45,492 nt of DNA from Chthoniobacteraceae bacterium (GTDB lineage: Bacteria > Verrucomicrobiota > Verrucomicrobiia > Chthoniobacterales > Chthoniobacteraceae). The notes beneath the pieces are model-generated. The model was not told the origin of the DNA, did not search any database, and saw only the letters and a list, made by a program, of their open reading frames with translations. A program made the translations under genes and the position numbers. Positions 9,377 to 17,668 of the stretch are shown here, piece by piece; within the stretch, counting starts at the first letter, position 1, and each line of letters starts with the position of its first letter. The stretch spans positions 1 to 45,492 of the forward strand of contig JANNXQ010000053.1 of NCBI GenBank assembly GCA_031409655.1, written 5' to 3'.

Positions 9377-10401
9377 TTGCGGACAAAGCTCACCGGCACC
9401 CCCGTATCCACCGACTCCTGCGCCCGCAGGCACATCGCCACCGACCACTTCCCGTCCTCGCCCGTCGCTGGGAGCGGCGTGCCGTCGCGCACGGCGGCAG
9501 CCATCGCGGTGATCTCATCCACGAGTTCGTACACTTCACCGGTGGGTTTCTCGATCGGGATGTCGCGGACGGTTTCGCCATCGTGATGTTTCAGCGAGTA
9601 AGTGGGATGAAAGGTGCGATCCAACGCCCCACTCCAACTTGCCCACAATGACCCGCGCAGGCCCGTGATTTTCACCACCTGATGATGCTCAAAGGCACTC
9701 AGGGTCTGCGAGATCACGGCATACGCGCCGCCGGGGAAGTTCACGATGGCACTGAAGTTATCCTGTAACTCAGGGTGATCCGGCTGCCGTGAATTCGCCC
9801 GCGCGAAGACGCTCACTGGATTTCCAAGGTCGGAGAAGTACCACCGCGCGAGATCGAAGAAGTGAATGGGTTCCTCAAGGATCCAATTTCCAACGCGGGT
9901 AATATCGTAACGCCAGCCTTCCGCACCGAGTCGATACGGGCGGCGCCAGAGTTCGATGAGCAGGTATTGCGGGGTGCCGATCGCGCCCGCGTCGATCATC
10001 TCCTTGGCCTTTCCCCAGAGCGACGAGAGCCGGAACTCGTGCCCCACCGCGAGCCGCAGCCCCCCAGCGCGGGCCGCACACAAGAGGTCGTCGCACTCGG
10101 CTTCGCTCAACGCCAGCGGCTTCTCCATGAGTAAATGTTTCCCCGCACGCAAGACATCAAGGCCGATGGGATGATGGAGATGACTCGGCAGCACCGCATC
10201 GACCACTTCGATGGAGGAATCCGCGAGTAACTCACGGTAGTCGCCGACCACGCGCACCCCCGGGTGCGCCTCCCGCGCGGCGGCCTGGCTCTTTTCAGAA
10301 CGCGCCGCGATGGCGACAAGTTCCGCGCGCGGAGACTCCACGATGGCCCGAGCGTGATGCGAACCCCAGGCACCAAAGCCGATGAGTGCGAAGCGAGTCA
10401 T
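9373..10401 (-). CDS. Gfo/Idh/MocA family NAD(P)-dependent oxidoreductase
   Basis: Rossmann motif IGFGAWG, EKPLA, and IHFFDLARW. Confidence 0.92.
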   Translation of the reverse strand: MTRFALIGFGAWGSHHARAIVESPRAELVAIAARSEKSQAAAREAHPGVRVVGDYRELLADSSIEVVDAVLPSHLHHPIGLDVLRAGKHLLMEKPLALSEAECDDLLCAARAGGLRLAVGHEFRLSSLWGKAKEMIDAGAIGTPQYLLIELWRRPYRLGAEGWRYDITRVGNWILEEPIHFFDLARWYFSDLGNPVSVFARANSRQPDHPELQDNFSAIVNFPGGAYAVISQTLSAFEHHQVVKITGLRGSLWASWSGALDRTFHPTYSLKHHDGETVRDIPIEKPTGEVYELVDEITAMAAAVRDGTPLPATGEDGKWSVAMCLRAQESVDTGVPVSFVRK

Positions 10402-10417
10402 AGGAAGTGCGGGCGAT

Positions 10418-11590
10418 TCATCGCCGCGTCCCGGTAGTGAGCGGCGTAACAGGATTCGCCACCAGCCGCCCTTGTACTTCGTTCAGCCGGCACGTCTGGA
10501 GCCGCGGTAAGACGTGCTGCGCAAAAAGATCACACTCTTCCAGATGCGGATAGCCGCTCAGGATGAAGGCGCGAATCCCCATGTCGATGTAGCGCTGCAG
10601 CTTGGCCAGCACTTGATCCGGATCGCCCACGATCGCGCTGCCACAGCCGCTCCGCGCGAGCCCGACGCCGGACCAGAGATGCTCTTCGAGGAAAAGATCG
10701 CCGCCCGCCTGGGCACGGAGTTCATCCTGCCGCCGCACCCCCGCGCTCTGCGCATCCAGCGAACGCGCCTTGATCTCCTGGCCCTTTGCGAGATCGAGTT
10801 TCGAGATCAGCCGATCCGCGGCCGCGCGCGCTGCCGCCTCCGTCTCGCGCACGATCACATGGGTGCGAAAGCCAAAGTCGATCGTGCGCCCGTAAGCCGC
10901 GGCCTTCTCGGACATCCCGCGCATGGTCTCCGCGATCCGCTCCTCGGTCTCCGGCCACATCAGGAAGACGTCGCAATGCTTCGCGCAAAGATCCTGCGCC
11001 GCCGGCGAGATGCCGCCGAAGTAAAGGAGCGGCCCGCCATTTTGCTGATAAGGCTGCGCGGCTTCGCAGTTCGGCAGGGTGAAGTGGTAGTGCTTCCCCT
11101 GCCACTCCAGGGGCCCGTCGGTGGCCCAAAGTTTTTGCAGGATCTGGATGATCTCGCTGCTGCGTTCGTAGCGGACCTCATGGCTCTCCTTCATCCCCGG
11201 CAGGTCGGAAGAGATGACATTAATGCAGAGCCGCCCCTCGGCGATGTGATCCACCGTGGCCAGCGCGCGCGCCAGCATCGGCGGCCAGACTTCGCCCATG
11301 CGCAGCGCGACGAGTTGATGGATCTGCCGCGTCTGCGGAGCCAGCGCGGAGGCAAAAGCGAGCGCGTCCTGTCCCGCAATCCACCCCGAGGGCAGCAAGA
11401 CATTCTGATACCCGAGCGCATCCGCTTTCCGCACGATGGCTCCGCAATGTGCATAGCTGGAGCGCAACGCTCCGTCCGGCACGCCGAGGAATTCGTAATC
11501 GTCCCCGCAGAGCGCCGAGAACCACGCAACTTCCACACGCGGCTCTGGCGTGCGGATGACCGGTGGGATCGGGCTGGGGAGTTTTGCCAT
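10418..11590 (-). CDS. LLM-class flavin-dependent monooxygenase, sulfoquinovose monooxygenase (SmoC/SquD)-like
   Basis: LLM/SsuD-type motifs (PLLYFGG, DVFLMW, FILSGYPHLEE). WFSALC-DDY-LGVPDG-LRSS and ARSGCG match my recollection of Agrobacterium SmoC; not aligned. Confidence 0.85.
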   Translation of the reverse strand: MAKLPSPIPPVIRTPEPRVEVAWFSALCGDDYEFLGVPDGALRSSYAHCGAIVRKADALGYQNVLLPSGWIAGQDALAFASALAPQTRQIHQLVALRMGEVWPPMLARALATVDHIAEGRLCINVISSDLPGMKESHEVRYERSSEIIQILQKLWATDGPLEWQGKHYHFTLPNCEAAQPYQQNGGPLLYFGGISPAAQDLCAKHCDVFLMWPETEERIAETMRGMSEKAAAYGRTIDFGFRTHVIVRETEAAARAAADRLISKLDLAKGQEIKARSLDAQSAGVRRQDELRAQAGGDLFLEEHLWSGVGLARSGCGSAIVGDPDQVLAKLQRYIDMGIRAFILSGYPHLEECDLFAQHVLPRLQTCRLNEVQGRLVANPVTPLTTGTRR

Positions 11591-11628
11591 GGAGCATCGT
11601 CGATTGGACCCGGTGCGGCGCCGCCGCG

Positions 11629-13176
11629 CTATTTCGGATTCTTGTCTTTCTTGCCGACTTTCCTTTTCGCCGGTTCATCGGACGGTGGAGCGAGTCCGTC
11701 GGCGGGCTGATTCCAGAGGCGCCATGGGTCGTTGAGGCGGCGCATTTCGGCGAGCAGCAGGCTCTGCATTTCCGCCAGCTTGGCGGCGTGACGCGGGTCA
11801 TTGGCGAGGTTGGTCTGTTCCTTCGCGGGCTTTGCGCCGGTCAGCGCTGTGACCTTCGGATCGTCGTGTTCGGCGAGTAATTCCTCGGGGTTTTCCTTGA
11901 GGTTGAAGAGCTGCGTCTCGCGCACTGCGCCGTTCATTAAGTCGTATTGGATGAGCTTCCAGTCACCCTGTTTCACACTGCGCATCCCAGGCTTGGTGCC
12001 GCCATTGTACACACCGTAGAGCACCTCGCGCACGATGGGCTGCTGGCCGGTGAGCACGGGTTTGAAGCTGAGGCCTTCGCTGGTCGCAGGCGCTGGAACC
12101 CCTGTGAGGTCGCACATCGTGGCCAGCACATCGAGCAGGTAGATGTTTCCCGGGGCGCGTGAGCCCGCCTTGATGCCCGGCCCTTTCACGATGAACGGCA
12201 CGCGCCAGGTGTGTTCATAGAGATTCTGCTTTCCCTGAAAGGCGTGACGTCCGATCGCGATGCCGTGGTCGGCGGTGTAAAAAATGTAGGTGTTGTCGAG
12301 TTCGCCCATCGCCTTGAGCTTCGCCAGCACGCGACCGATCTGGATGTCGATGTTCTCGCTGCATGCAAACTCGCGCCCCAGTTCGTTGCGGATGGTGCGC
12401 TCATCGCGCTTTTCCCACACCCCGCTGACGCTCGTCTCATCGCGCAACCCCGGATGGCCGTCGGGAAATGGTTTCGCCGGCAGCCAGCTCGCGGGGAGCT
12501 TCGGCTGCTTCGGATTCTCGGGCGGCAGCACGTTTTTGTCCGTGTGATTGACCGCGCCATAGTTCGCGAGCAGCTCGGGTTTACCATCGCGCGTGTCGTG
12601 CGGATGCGAGAATCCGAAGTAGATCAGGAATGGCTTCGCGTCTTGGGAGGACTCGCGGTCATTCAGATAGGTCAGCACCTGCTCGGCGTGCCAGGCGCTA
12701 CCCGATTCCTCGGTGCCGCCGCGTTTGCTCGCATCATGCCGGACGCTGAAAAGCTTGTTCGCCCCCTCATAGCTGTTGCCCTGCTTGCAAGTGCGCATCG
12801 TGGCGTAGCCCGCGCGATTAAAGACGGCAGGGATGGTGTTCTGCGCGATGTCGGGCGGGCAATGCGCCTTCGCCCCTGGCCCGATCGGCAAGTGCCACAC
12901 CGTGCGCCCGGTCATGATCATGTGCCGCGATGGCGTGCAGACCGCGCCGCTGAAGGAGCCCATGTGATACGCCCCATCGAGCACCATGCCCTCCGCCGCG
13001 AGGCGGTCGATGTTCGGCGACTGCAGCGACGAAGCGGGATTGTAGAACTTGAAATCAAACGGCGATTGGTCGTCCACGAGGATGAAGAGAATATTTGGAC
13101 GCTTCTCATTTGCCGCGTGGGTGAGACACGGAAAACAGAGCAGGCCTGAAAGGAGAATGCGGAGGAGGGGTTTCAT
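11629..13176 (-). CDS. Secreted formylglycine-dependent sulfatase
   Basis: Signal peptide, PNILFILVDD, CTPSR motif, ADHG; Lys-rich tail. Confidence 0.93.
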   Translation of the reverse strand: MKPLLRILLSGLLCFPCLTHAANEKRPNILFILVDDQSPFDFKFYNPASSLQSPNIDRLAAEGMVLDGAYHMGSFSGAVCTPSRHMIMTGRTVWHLPIGPGAKAHCPPDIAQNTIPAVFNRAGYATMRTCKQGNSYEGANKLFSVRHDASKRGGTEESGSAWHAEQVLTYLNDRESSQDAKPFLIYFGFSHPHDTRDGKPELLANYGAVNHTDKNVLPPENPKQPKLPASWLPAKPFPDGHPGLRDETSVSGVWEKRDERTIRNELGREFACSENIDIQIGRVLAKLKAMGELDNTYIFYTADHGIAIGRHAFQGKQNLYEHTWRVPFIVKGPGIKAGSRAPGNIYLLDVLATMCDLTGVPAPATSEGLSFKPVLTGQQPIVREVLYGVYNGGTKPGMRSVKQGDWKLIQYDLMNGAVRETQLFNLKENPEELLAEHDDPKVTALTGAKPAKEQTNLANDPRHAAKLAEMQSLLLAEMRRLNDPWRLWNQPADGLAPPSDEPAKRKVGKKDKNPK

Positions 13177-13230
13177 GGTCAGGGGGGGGAGGAGGTTGGG
13201 AACAGGCTTCACGGTGGGCAATGCTCCGGC

Positions 13231-14595
13231 TTACTTGTTCTTCTTTTTCTTTTTCGGCGCGGTGTCCGACGATGGCTCCTGTCTGGCCTGTTGAAATTGC
13301 CGGTCGAGTTCGGCGGGGCGGGCGTCCTTCAGTTGATCGAGTGCGGCCTGCAGGTTCTTTGCCACACTGGCGGCGGTGCCTGTGAGTTGGGCGACGGCGA
13401 GTGCGCTTTTCTCATCGGGATCGGCGGCGAGGTCGAAGAAGCGACCGTCGCGGTAGAGCTTGGCGTCGCGGGTGAAGGTGAATTCGCGCACCGTCATGTC
13501 GGCGCTTTGGCGTGGTGAATACCAACTGTAGAGCCACTCGCGCGGGGTGCCTTTATCACCACGCAACTGCGGGAGGAAGCTGACGCCGTCGACATTGCCG
13601 GGCACCGGAATCGCGGCCGCCGCGCAGATCGTCGGCAGGAAGTCCGTGCTGCTGATCAGGTCGCCGCTCACGCGGCCCTGCTTCATCACGGCGGGCCAGT
13701 TCGCGATGAATGGCACGTGATACCCGCGCGCCGTGGTGGTGCCCTTACCGCCGGGATAATCCGCGCCCTTGAACCGGCTCGTCACGCCGCGCCCGGTGCC
13801 ATTGTCGCCGATGAACAGGAGCAGCGTATTGTCGCGGATGCCGAGTTCGCCAAGCTTTGCGTCGAGGCGACCGACCATCTTGTCCATGTAGGCAATCATG
13901 TCAGCGAAATGCTTCACGTCCTTCTTCTTGTTCTCGCTGTTCGTCGTCGCGTCCCAATCGGGGCTGTCGGGCGTGGGCTGATACGGGTCGTGCGTGAGGA
14001 TCATCGGGTAATAGAGGAAGAAGGGCCGCTCTTTGTTGCGCGTGACGAAATCCAGCGCGAAGTCGTTGATCAGCTTCGGCCCATAGCTGCCTTGCGGGAA
14101 CTCCTTCTCCACCCCGTTGAGTTCGAGTCCGGGATTGGCGTAACGCGGCGGACGGCGGGTGTGCTGCCAGAGCAAGGCTTCATCGAAGCCAAAATGCTGC
14201 GGCGCATCCGTCTCGCGCCCGAGTTGCCACTTGCCGCAGATGCCCGTGGCATAGCCAGCCTTCTTCAGGAGCTGCCCGAAGGTCGTCTCGGTGCGCACGA
14301 GCGTGCCGAAGTTGAGATAGTTGCGGACGTTGTAGCGCCCGGTCATGAGTTGCACGCGGGTGGGTGTGCAGAGCGGCTGCACATGGCATTGCTCGAAGCG
14401 CATTCCCGCGGCCGCGAGCCGGTCGAGGTTCGGCGTCTGGTAAGACTGGCCGCCATTTGCGGTCACGCATTCGTAGCCGAAGTCATCGGCCATCATGAGG
14501 ATGATGTTCGGCTTCGGTGCCTGGTCCGTTGCGGCGTCGAGTCCGCCAGGAAAAATCAGCAGTAATAGGGTTAAGTTGAGGAGGGTGCGTTTCAT
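13231..14595 (-). CDS. Secreted formylglycine-dependent sulfatase (arylsulfatase-like)
   Basis: Signal peptide from ATG 14595, PNIILMMADD, CTPTR motif, GKWQLG, GDNG; PKKKKKNK tail. Confidence 0.93.
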   Translation of the reverse strand: MKRTLLNLTLLLLIFPGGLDAATDQAPKPNIILMMADDFGYECVTANGGQSYQTPNLDRLAAAGMRFEQCHVQPLCTPTRVQLMTGRYNVRNYLNFGTLVRTETTFGQLLKKAGYATGICGKWQLGRETDAPQHFGFDEALLWQHTRRPPRYANPGLELNGVEKEFPQGSYGPKLINDFALDFVTRNKERPFFLYYPMILTHDPYQPTPDSPDWDATTNSENKKKDVKHFADMIAYMDKMVGRLDAKLGELGIRDNTLLLFIGDNGTGRGVTSRFKGADYPGGKGTTTARGYHVPFIANWPAVMKQGRVSGDLISSTDFLPTICAAAAIPVPGNVDGVSFLPQLRGDKGTPREWLYSWYSPRQSADMTVREFTFTRDAKLYRDGRFFDLAADPDEKSALAVAQLTGTAASVAKNLQAALDQLKDARPAELDRQFQQARQEPSSDTAPKKKKKNK

Positions 14596-14836
14596 GGGAT
14601 TGGATCTTGAATGGGGGTTTGGGAGGGTGGGCCGGGTCAGCGGTAAATTGCGACCGCCTTCATACCCACAGAGAACCTCACCCGACACAAAAACTCGGAC
14701 AATTTTCCCCAGTCCACTTTCTTCCACCCTCAGCGATCTCGCGCCGGTGTGGCGCGCGCCTAGCCGACTGGGGAATGGATGTTTTGCCTGCTTGGAGCTT
14801 GGTTTTCTCGGGCGTTCCCGGTTGCTTCTGCCGCGC

Positions 14837-15673
14837 ATGTCTCCCCGTCTTTCCGGAACCCTCCTGATGTTGCTCGTCTCGGTGCTGTGGAGTTTCGGAG
14901 GCGTGCTGATCAAGTCGGTGGAATGGCACCCCATGGCGATCGCCGGGGTGCGGAGTGCGATCTGCGCGCTGGTCATCGCGATCTTCACGGGCCTCCCGCG
15001 CCGGCCCTTTTCGCGCCTCCAGATCGCCGGGGCCCTCGCCTACGCCGTGACGGTCGTTTCATTCGTGATCGCCACCCGCCTGACCACGGCGGCAAACGCT
15101 ATCTTTCTTCAATACACCGCACCGATTTATGTCGCGATTCTGGGCCCGCGCCTGCTCGGAGAGCGGACGTTGCGCAGCGATTGGTTCCTCATAGGTGCGG
15201 CGCTCGCGGGCATCGGGCTCTTCTTCCTCGATCATCTGACTTTCGCCGGGATGTGGGGAAATGTGGCGGGCCTCGTCAGTGGATTGGCGTTTGGCGCGAT
15301 GGCTCTGCTCGTCCGGCGGCAGCGGGATGCGTCTCCCGCTGCTGCGTTGTGGCTGGGAAATGTCTTCGCCGCGCTCGCCGGGCTGCCTTTTGTGTTCAGC
15401 ACGCCACAACCGTCGGCGCAGGGTTGGTGGGCGCTCATCGCGCTCGGGATTTTCCAGCTCGGGCTTCCCTACGTGCTTTACAGCATCGCGATCAAGCGGG
15501 TGACGGCGCTCGAGGCCGTGCTCATCCCGATGCTTGAACCCGTCCTGAATCCGCTCTGGGTGATGCTGGTCGTCGGCGAGCGTCCGACTGGCTGGGCGCT
15601 CTGGGGGGCGGCGTTGGTGCTCGGAGCCGTCTTGTTCCGTGGATTGCTGATGATTGTGGCCCGACGGGCTTAG
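14837..15673 (+). CDS. EamA/DMT family transporter
   Basis: About 278 aa, roughly 10 TM helices, two EamA repeats (LQYTAPIYV...LLGE; LEPVLNP...VGE). Confidence 0.9.
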   Translation: MSPRLSGTLLMLLVSVLWSFGGVLIKSVEWHPMAIAGVRSAICALVIAIFTGLPRRPFSRLQIAGALAYAVTVVSFVIATRLTTAANAIFLQYTAPIYVAILGPRLLGERTLRSDWFLIGAALAGIGLFFLDHLTFAGMWGNVAGLVSGLAFGAMALLVRRQRDASPAAALWLGNVFAALAGLPFVFSTPQPSAQGWWALIALGIFQLGLPYVLYSIAIKRVTALEAVLIPMLEPVLNPLWVMLVVGERPTGWALWGAALVLGAVLFRGLLMIVARRA

Positions 15674-15759
15674 CTGGGGCCTCCCGTCGGCACGAATCCG
15701 GCTTTTGAGAAGGCAACCATTGCCGCGCCCGCGTGGCTCCTTGGTTGCCGAACATCCCG

Positions 15760-17661
15760 ATGACTTGCAAACCAGAGCCCGTAGCGTCCGTCTCCATGGA
15801 GAAGGAGGCCAGCTTTCAACTCCTCTTCAAACGCCACCCGCTCCCGATGTGGGTGGTGGATAAGGAGTCGCTGCTCTTTCTCGCCCTGAACGATGCGGCG
15901 ATGAAAAAGTACGGCTACACGCGGGCCGAGTTTCTTTCGATGACGATGGATGAATTTGCCACCGTCGAAGAATCCGCCGAGCAGGCGGCGGGCGCTGGCT
16001 TCAATGCGTGGGGCCCGGAGACCACGCTGCCGTGGCGGCATCGCTGCAAGGACGGGCGCATCCTCGAGGTCGAGAGTTCCTGGCACGATTTTCAGTATGC
16101 CGGTCGCGAAGCGGTCGTGGTCCTGAGCATCGATCGGACCGAACAAAAGCGGGTGGAAGAGCATGCGCGGGAACAGGCGAACATGCTCAACCAGGCTTCC
16201 GACGCGATCATCGTGCGCGATATGCAGGACCGGATTCACTTTTGGAACAAAGGTGCCGAGCGGCTTTATGGCTGGAGCCAGGAGGAGGCGATCGGGCGCT
16301 CGACGCTCGATCTTTTTGTGCGGGAGCGGCAGGTGGATGCCGAACACGAACTGCTGGCGAAAGGCGAGTGGAGCGGTCAGCTCAAACATAAGAGCAAGGA
16401 CGGGCGCGACCTCGTGCTCGGCAGTCGCTGGACGCTCGTCTGCAATGAAAAGGGGGAGCCGACCTCGGTGCTCGTGATCAATACGGACATGACCGAGACG
16501 AAAAAACTCGAGTCGCAGTTTCTCCGCGCGCAACGGCTCGAGAGCATCGGCACGCTGGCCAGCGGGATCGCCCATGATCTGAACAATATTCTCTCTCCGA
16601 TCCTCATGTCGGTGGACATCCTCCGCGGCGGGATGAGGGACGAGGATACGCTCAAGGTGCTGAGCATCATCGAGGGCAGTGCGGAGCGCGGCGCGGGGAT
16701 CGTGAAGCAAGTGCTGACCTTTGCCCGCGGGGTGGAAGGCGAGCGCGTGCTCCTGCAGCCGAAACATCTCCTGGGCGAGCTGGCGAAAATCATGGCGCAG
16801 ACTTTCCCGCGCAATCTCGACATCCAGCCAAACTACTCCCACGAACTCTGGACGGTGAGCGGCGACGCCACGCAACTTCACCAAGTGCTGCTGAACCTCT
16901 GCGTGAACGCGCGCGACGCGATGGCCGAAGGCGGCACCCTCACGATCAATGCGGAGAACGTGGAAGTGGACGATCACTTCGCGAGCATGAATCCCGGCGC
17001 GCAGCTCGGGCCGCACGTGGTCTTCCGCGTCTCGGACACGGGGATGGGCATGTCGCCGGAGACCATGGAGCGCATCTTCGATCCCTTTTTCACGACGAAA
17101 GAAGTGGGCAAGGGCACCGGGCTCGGCCTCGCGACCGTGATCGGGATCGTGAAGAGCCACGGCGGTTTCCTCAGCGTGCAAAGTGAGATCGGCGTCGGCA
17201 CCACCTTCCTCATCTTCATCCCGGCCAGCGGAAAGTCTGAGTCCACGGCCAAGCGCGAAGAACTCGGGGCGCTGGTGGGAGGAAAAGGCGAACTGGTGCT
17301 CGTGGTGGACGACGAGATGCCAATCCGCGATGCGCTCGTGCGCACTCTGAAAGCCAATGGGTATCAGGCTTACACCGCCGAGGATGGCAGCGATGCACTC
17401 GCCCTCTACTACGAGCGGCGCGAGGAAATCGCGGTGGTGGTGACGGATCTCTCGATGGGCGGGATGGATGGCATCCAACTCGTGCGCGCGCTGCGCAAAG
17501 TGAACCCCAACGTGCGCGTGGTCGTCTCCAGCGGCCATTTCCAAAAGGAAAATACGACGATCCTGAATGCGCTCGGGGTGAAGCAGTTTCTCGACAAGCC
17601 CTATACCGCCGACAAGCTCCTGCGCGCCGTGCAGACGGCGATGTCGGAGAAGGCGGCGTAG
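15760..17661 (+). CDS. Cytoplasmic hybrid sensor kinase (PAS-PAS-HisKA-HATPase-REC)
   Basis: Two PAS domains, GIAHDLNN, NLCVNARDAM, PFFTTK..GKGTGLGL and a C-terminal receiver (VVDDE, TD, KP). Start uncertain. Confidence 0.93.
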   Translation: MTCKPEPVASVSMEKEASFQLLFKRHPLPMWVVDKESLLFLALNDAAMKKYGYTRAEFLSMTMDEFATVEESAEQAAGAGFNAWGPETTLPWRHRCKDGRILEVESSWHDFQYAGREAVVVLSIDRTEQKRVEEHAREQANMLNQASDAIIVRDMQDRIHFWNKGAERLYGWSQEEAIGRSTLDLFVRERQVDAEHELLAKGEWSGQLKHKSKDGRDLVLGSRWTLVCNEKGEPTSVLVINTDMTETKKLESQFLRAQRLESIGTLASGIAHDLNNILSPILMSVDILRGGMRDEDTLKVLSIIEGSAERGAGIVKQVLTFARGVEGERVLLQPKHLLGELAKIMAQTFPRNLDIQPNYSHELWTVSGDATQLHQVLLNLCVNARDAMAEGGTLTINAENVEVDDHFASMNPGAQLGPHVVFRVSDTGMGMSPETMERIFDPFFTTKEVGKGTGLGLATVIGIVKSHGGFLSVQSEIGVGTTFLIFIPASGKSESTAKREELGALVGGKGELVLVVDDEMPIRDALVRTLKANGYQAYTAEDGSDALALYYERREEIAVVVTDLSMGGMDGIQLVRALRKVNPNVRVVVSSGHFQKENTTILNALGVKQFLDKPYTADKLLRAVQTAMSEKAA

Positions 17662-17668
17662 CAGGCTG

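Noticed and set aside
14596..14836. Possible riboswitch upstream of the sulfatase operon (ttccccagtc...gactggggaa stem)
   Set aside because: Only one 10-bp stem; I see no SAM or other riboswitch consensus.
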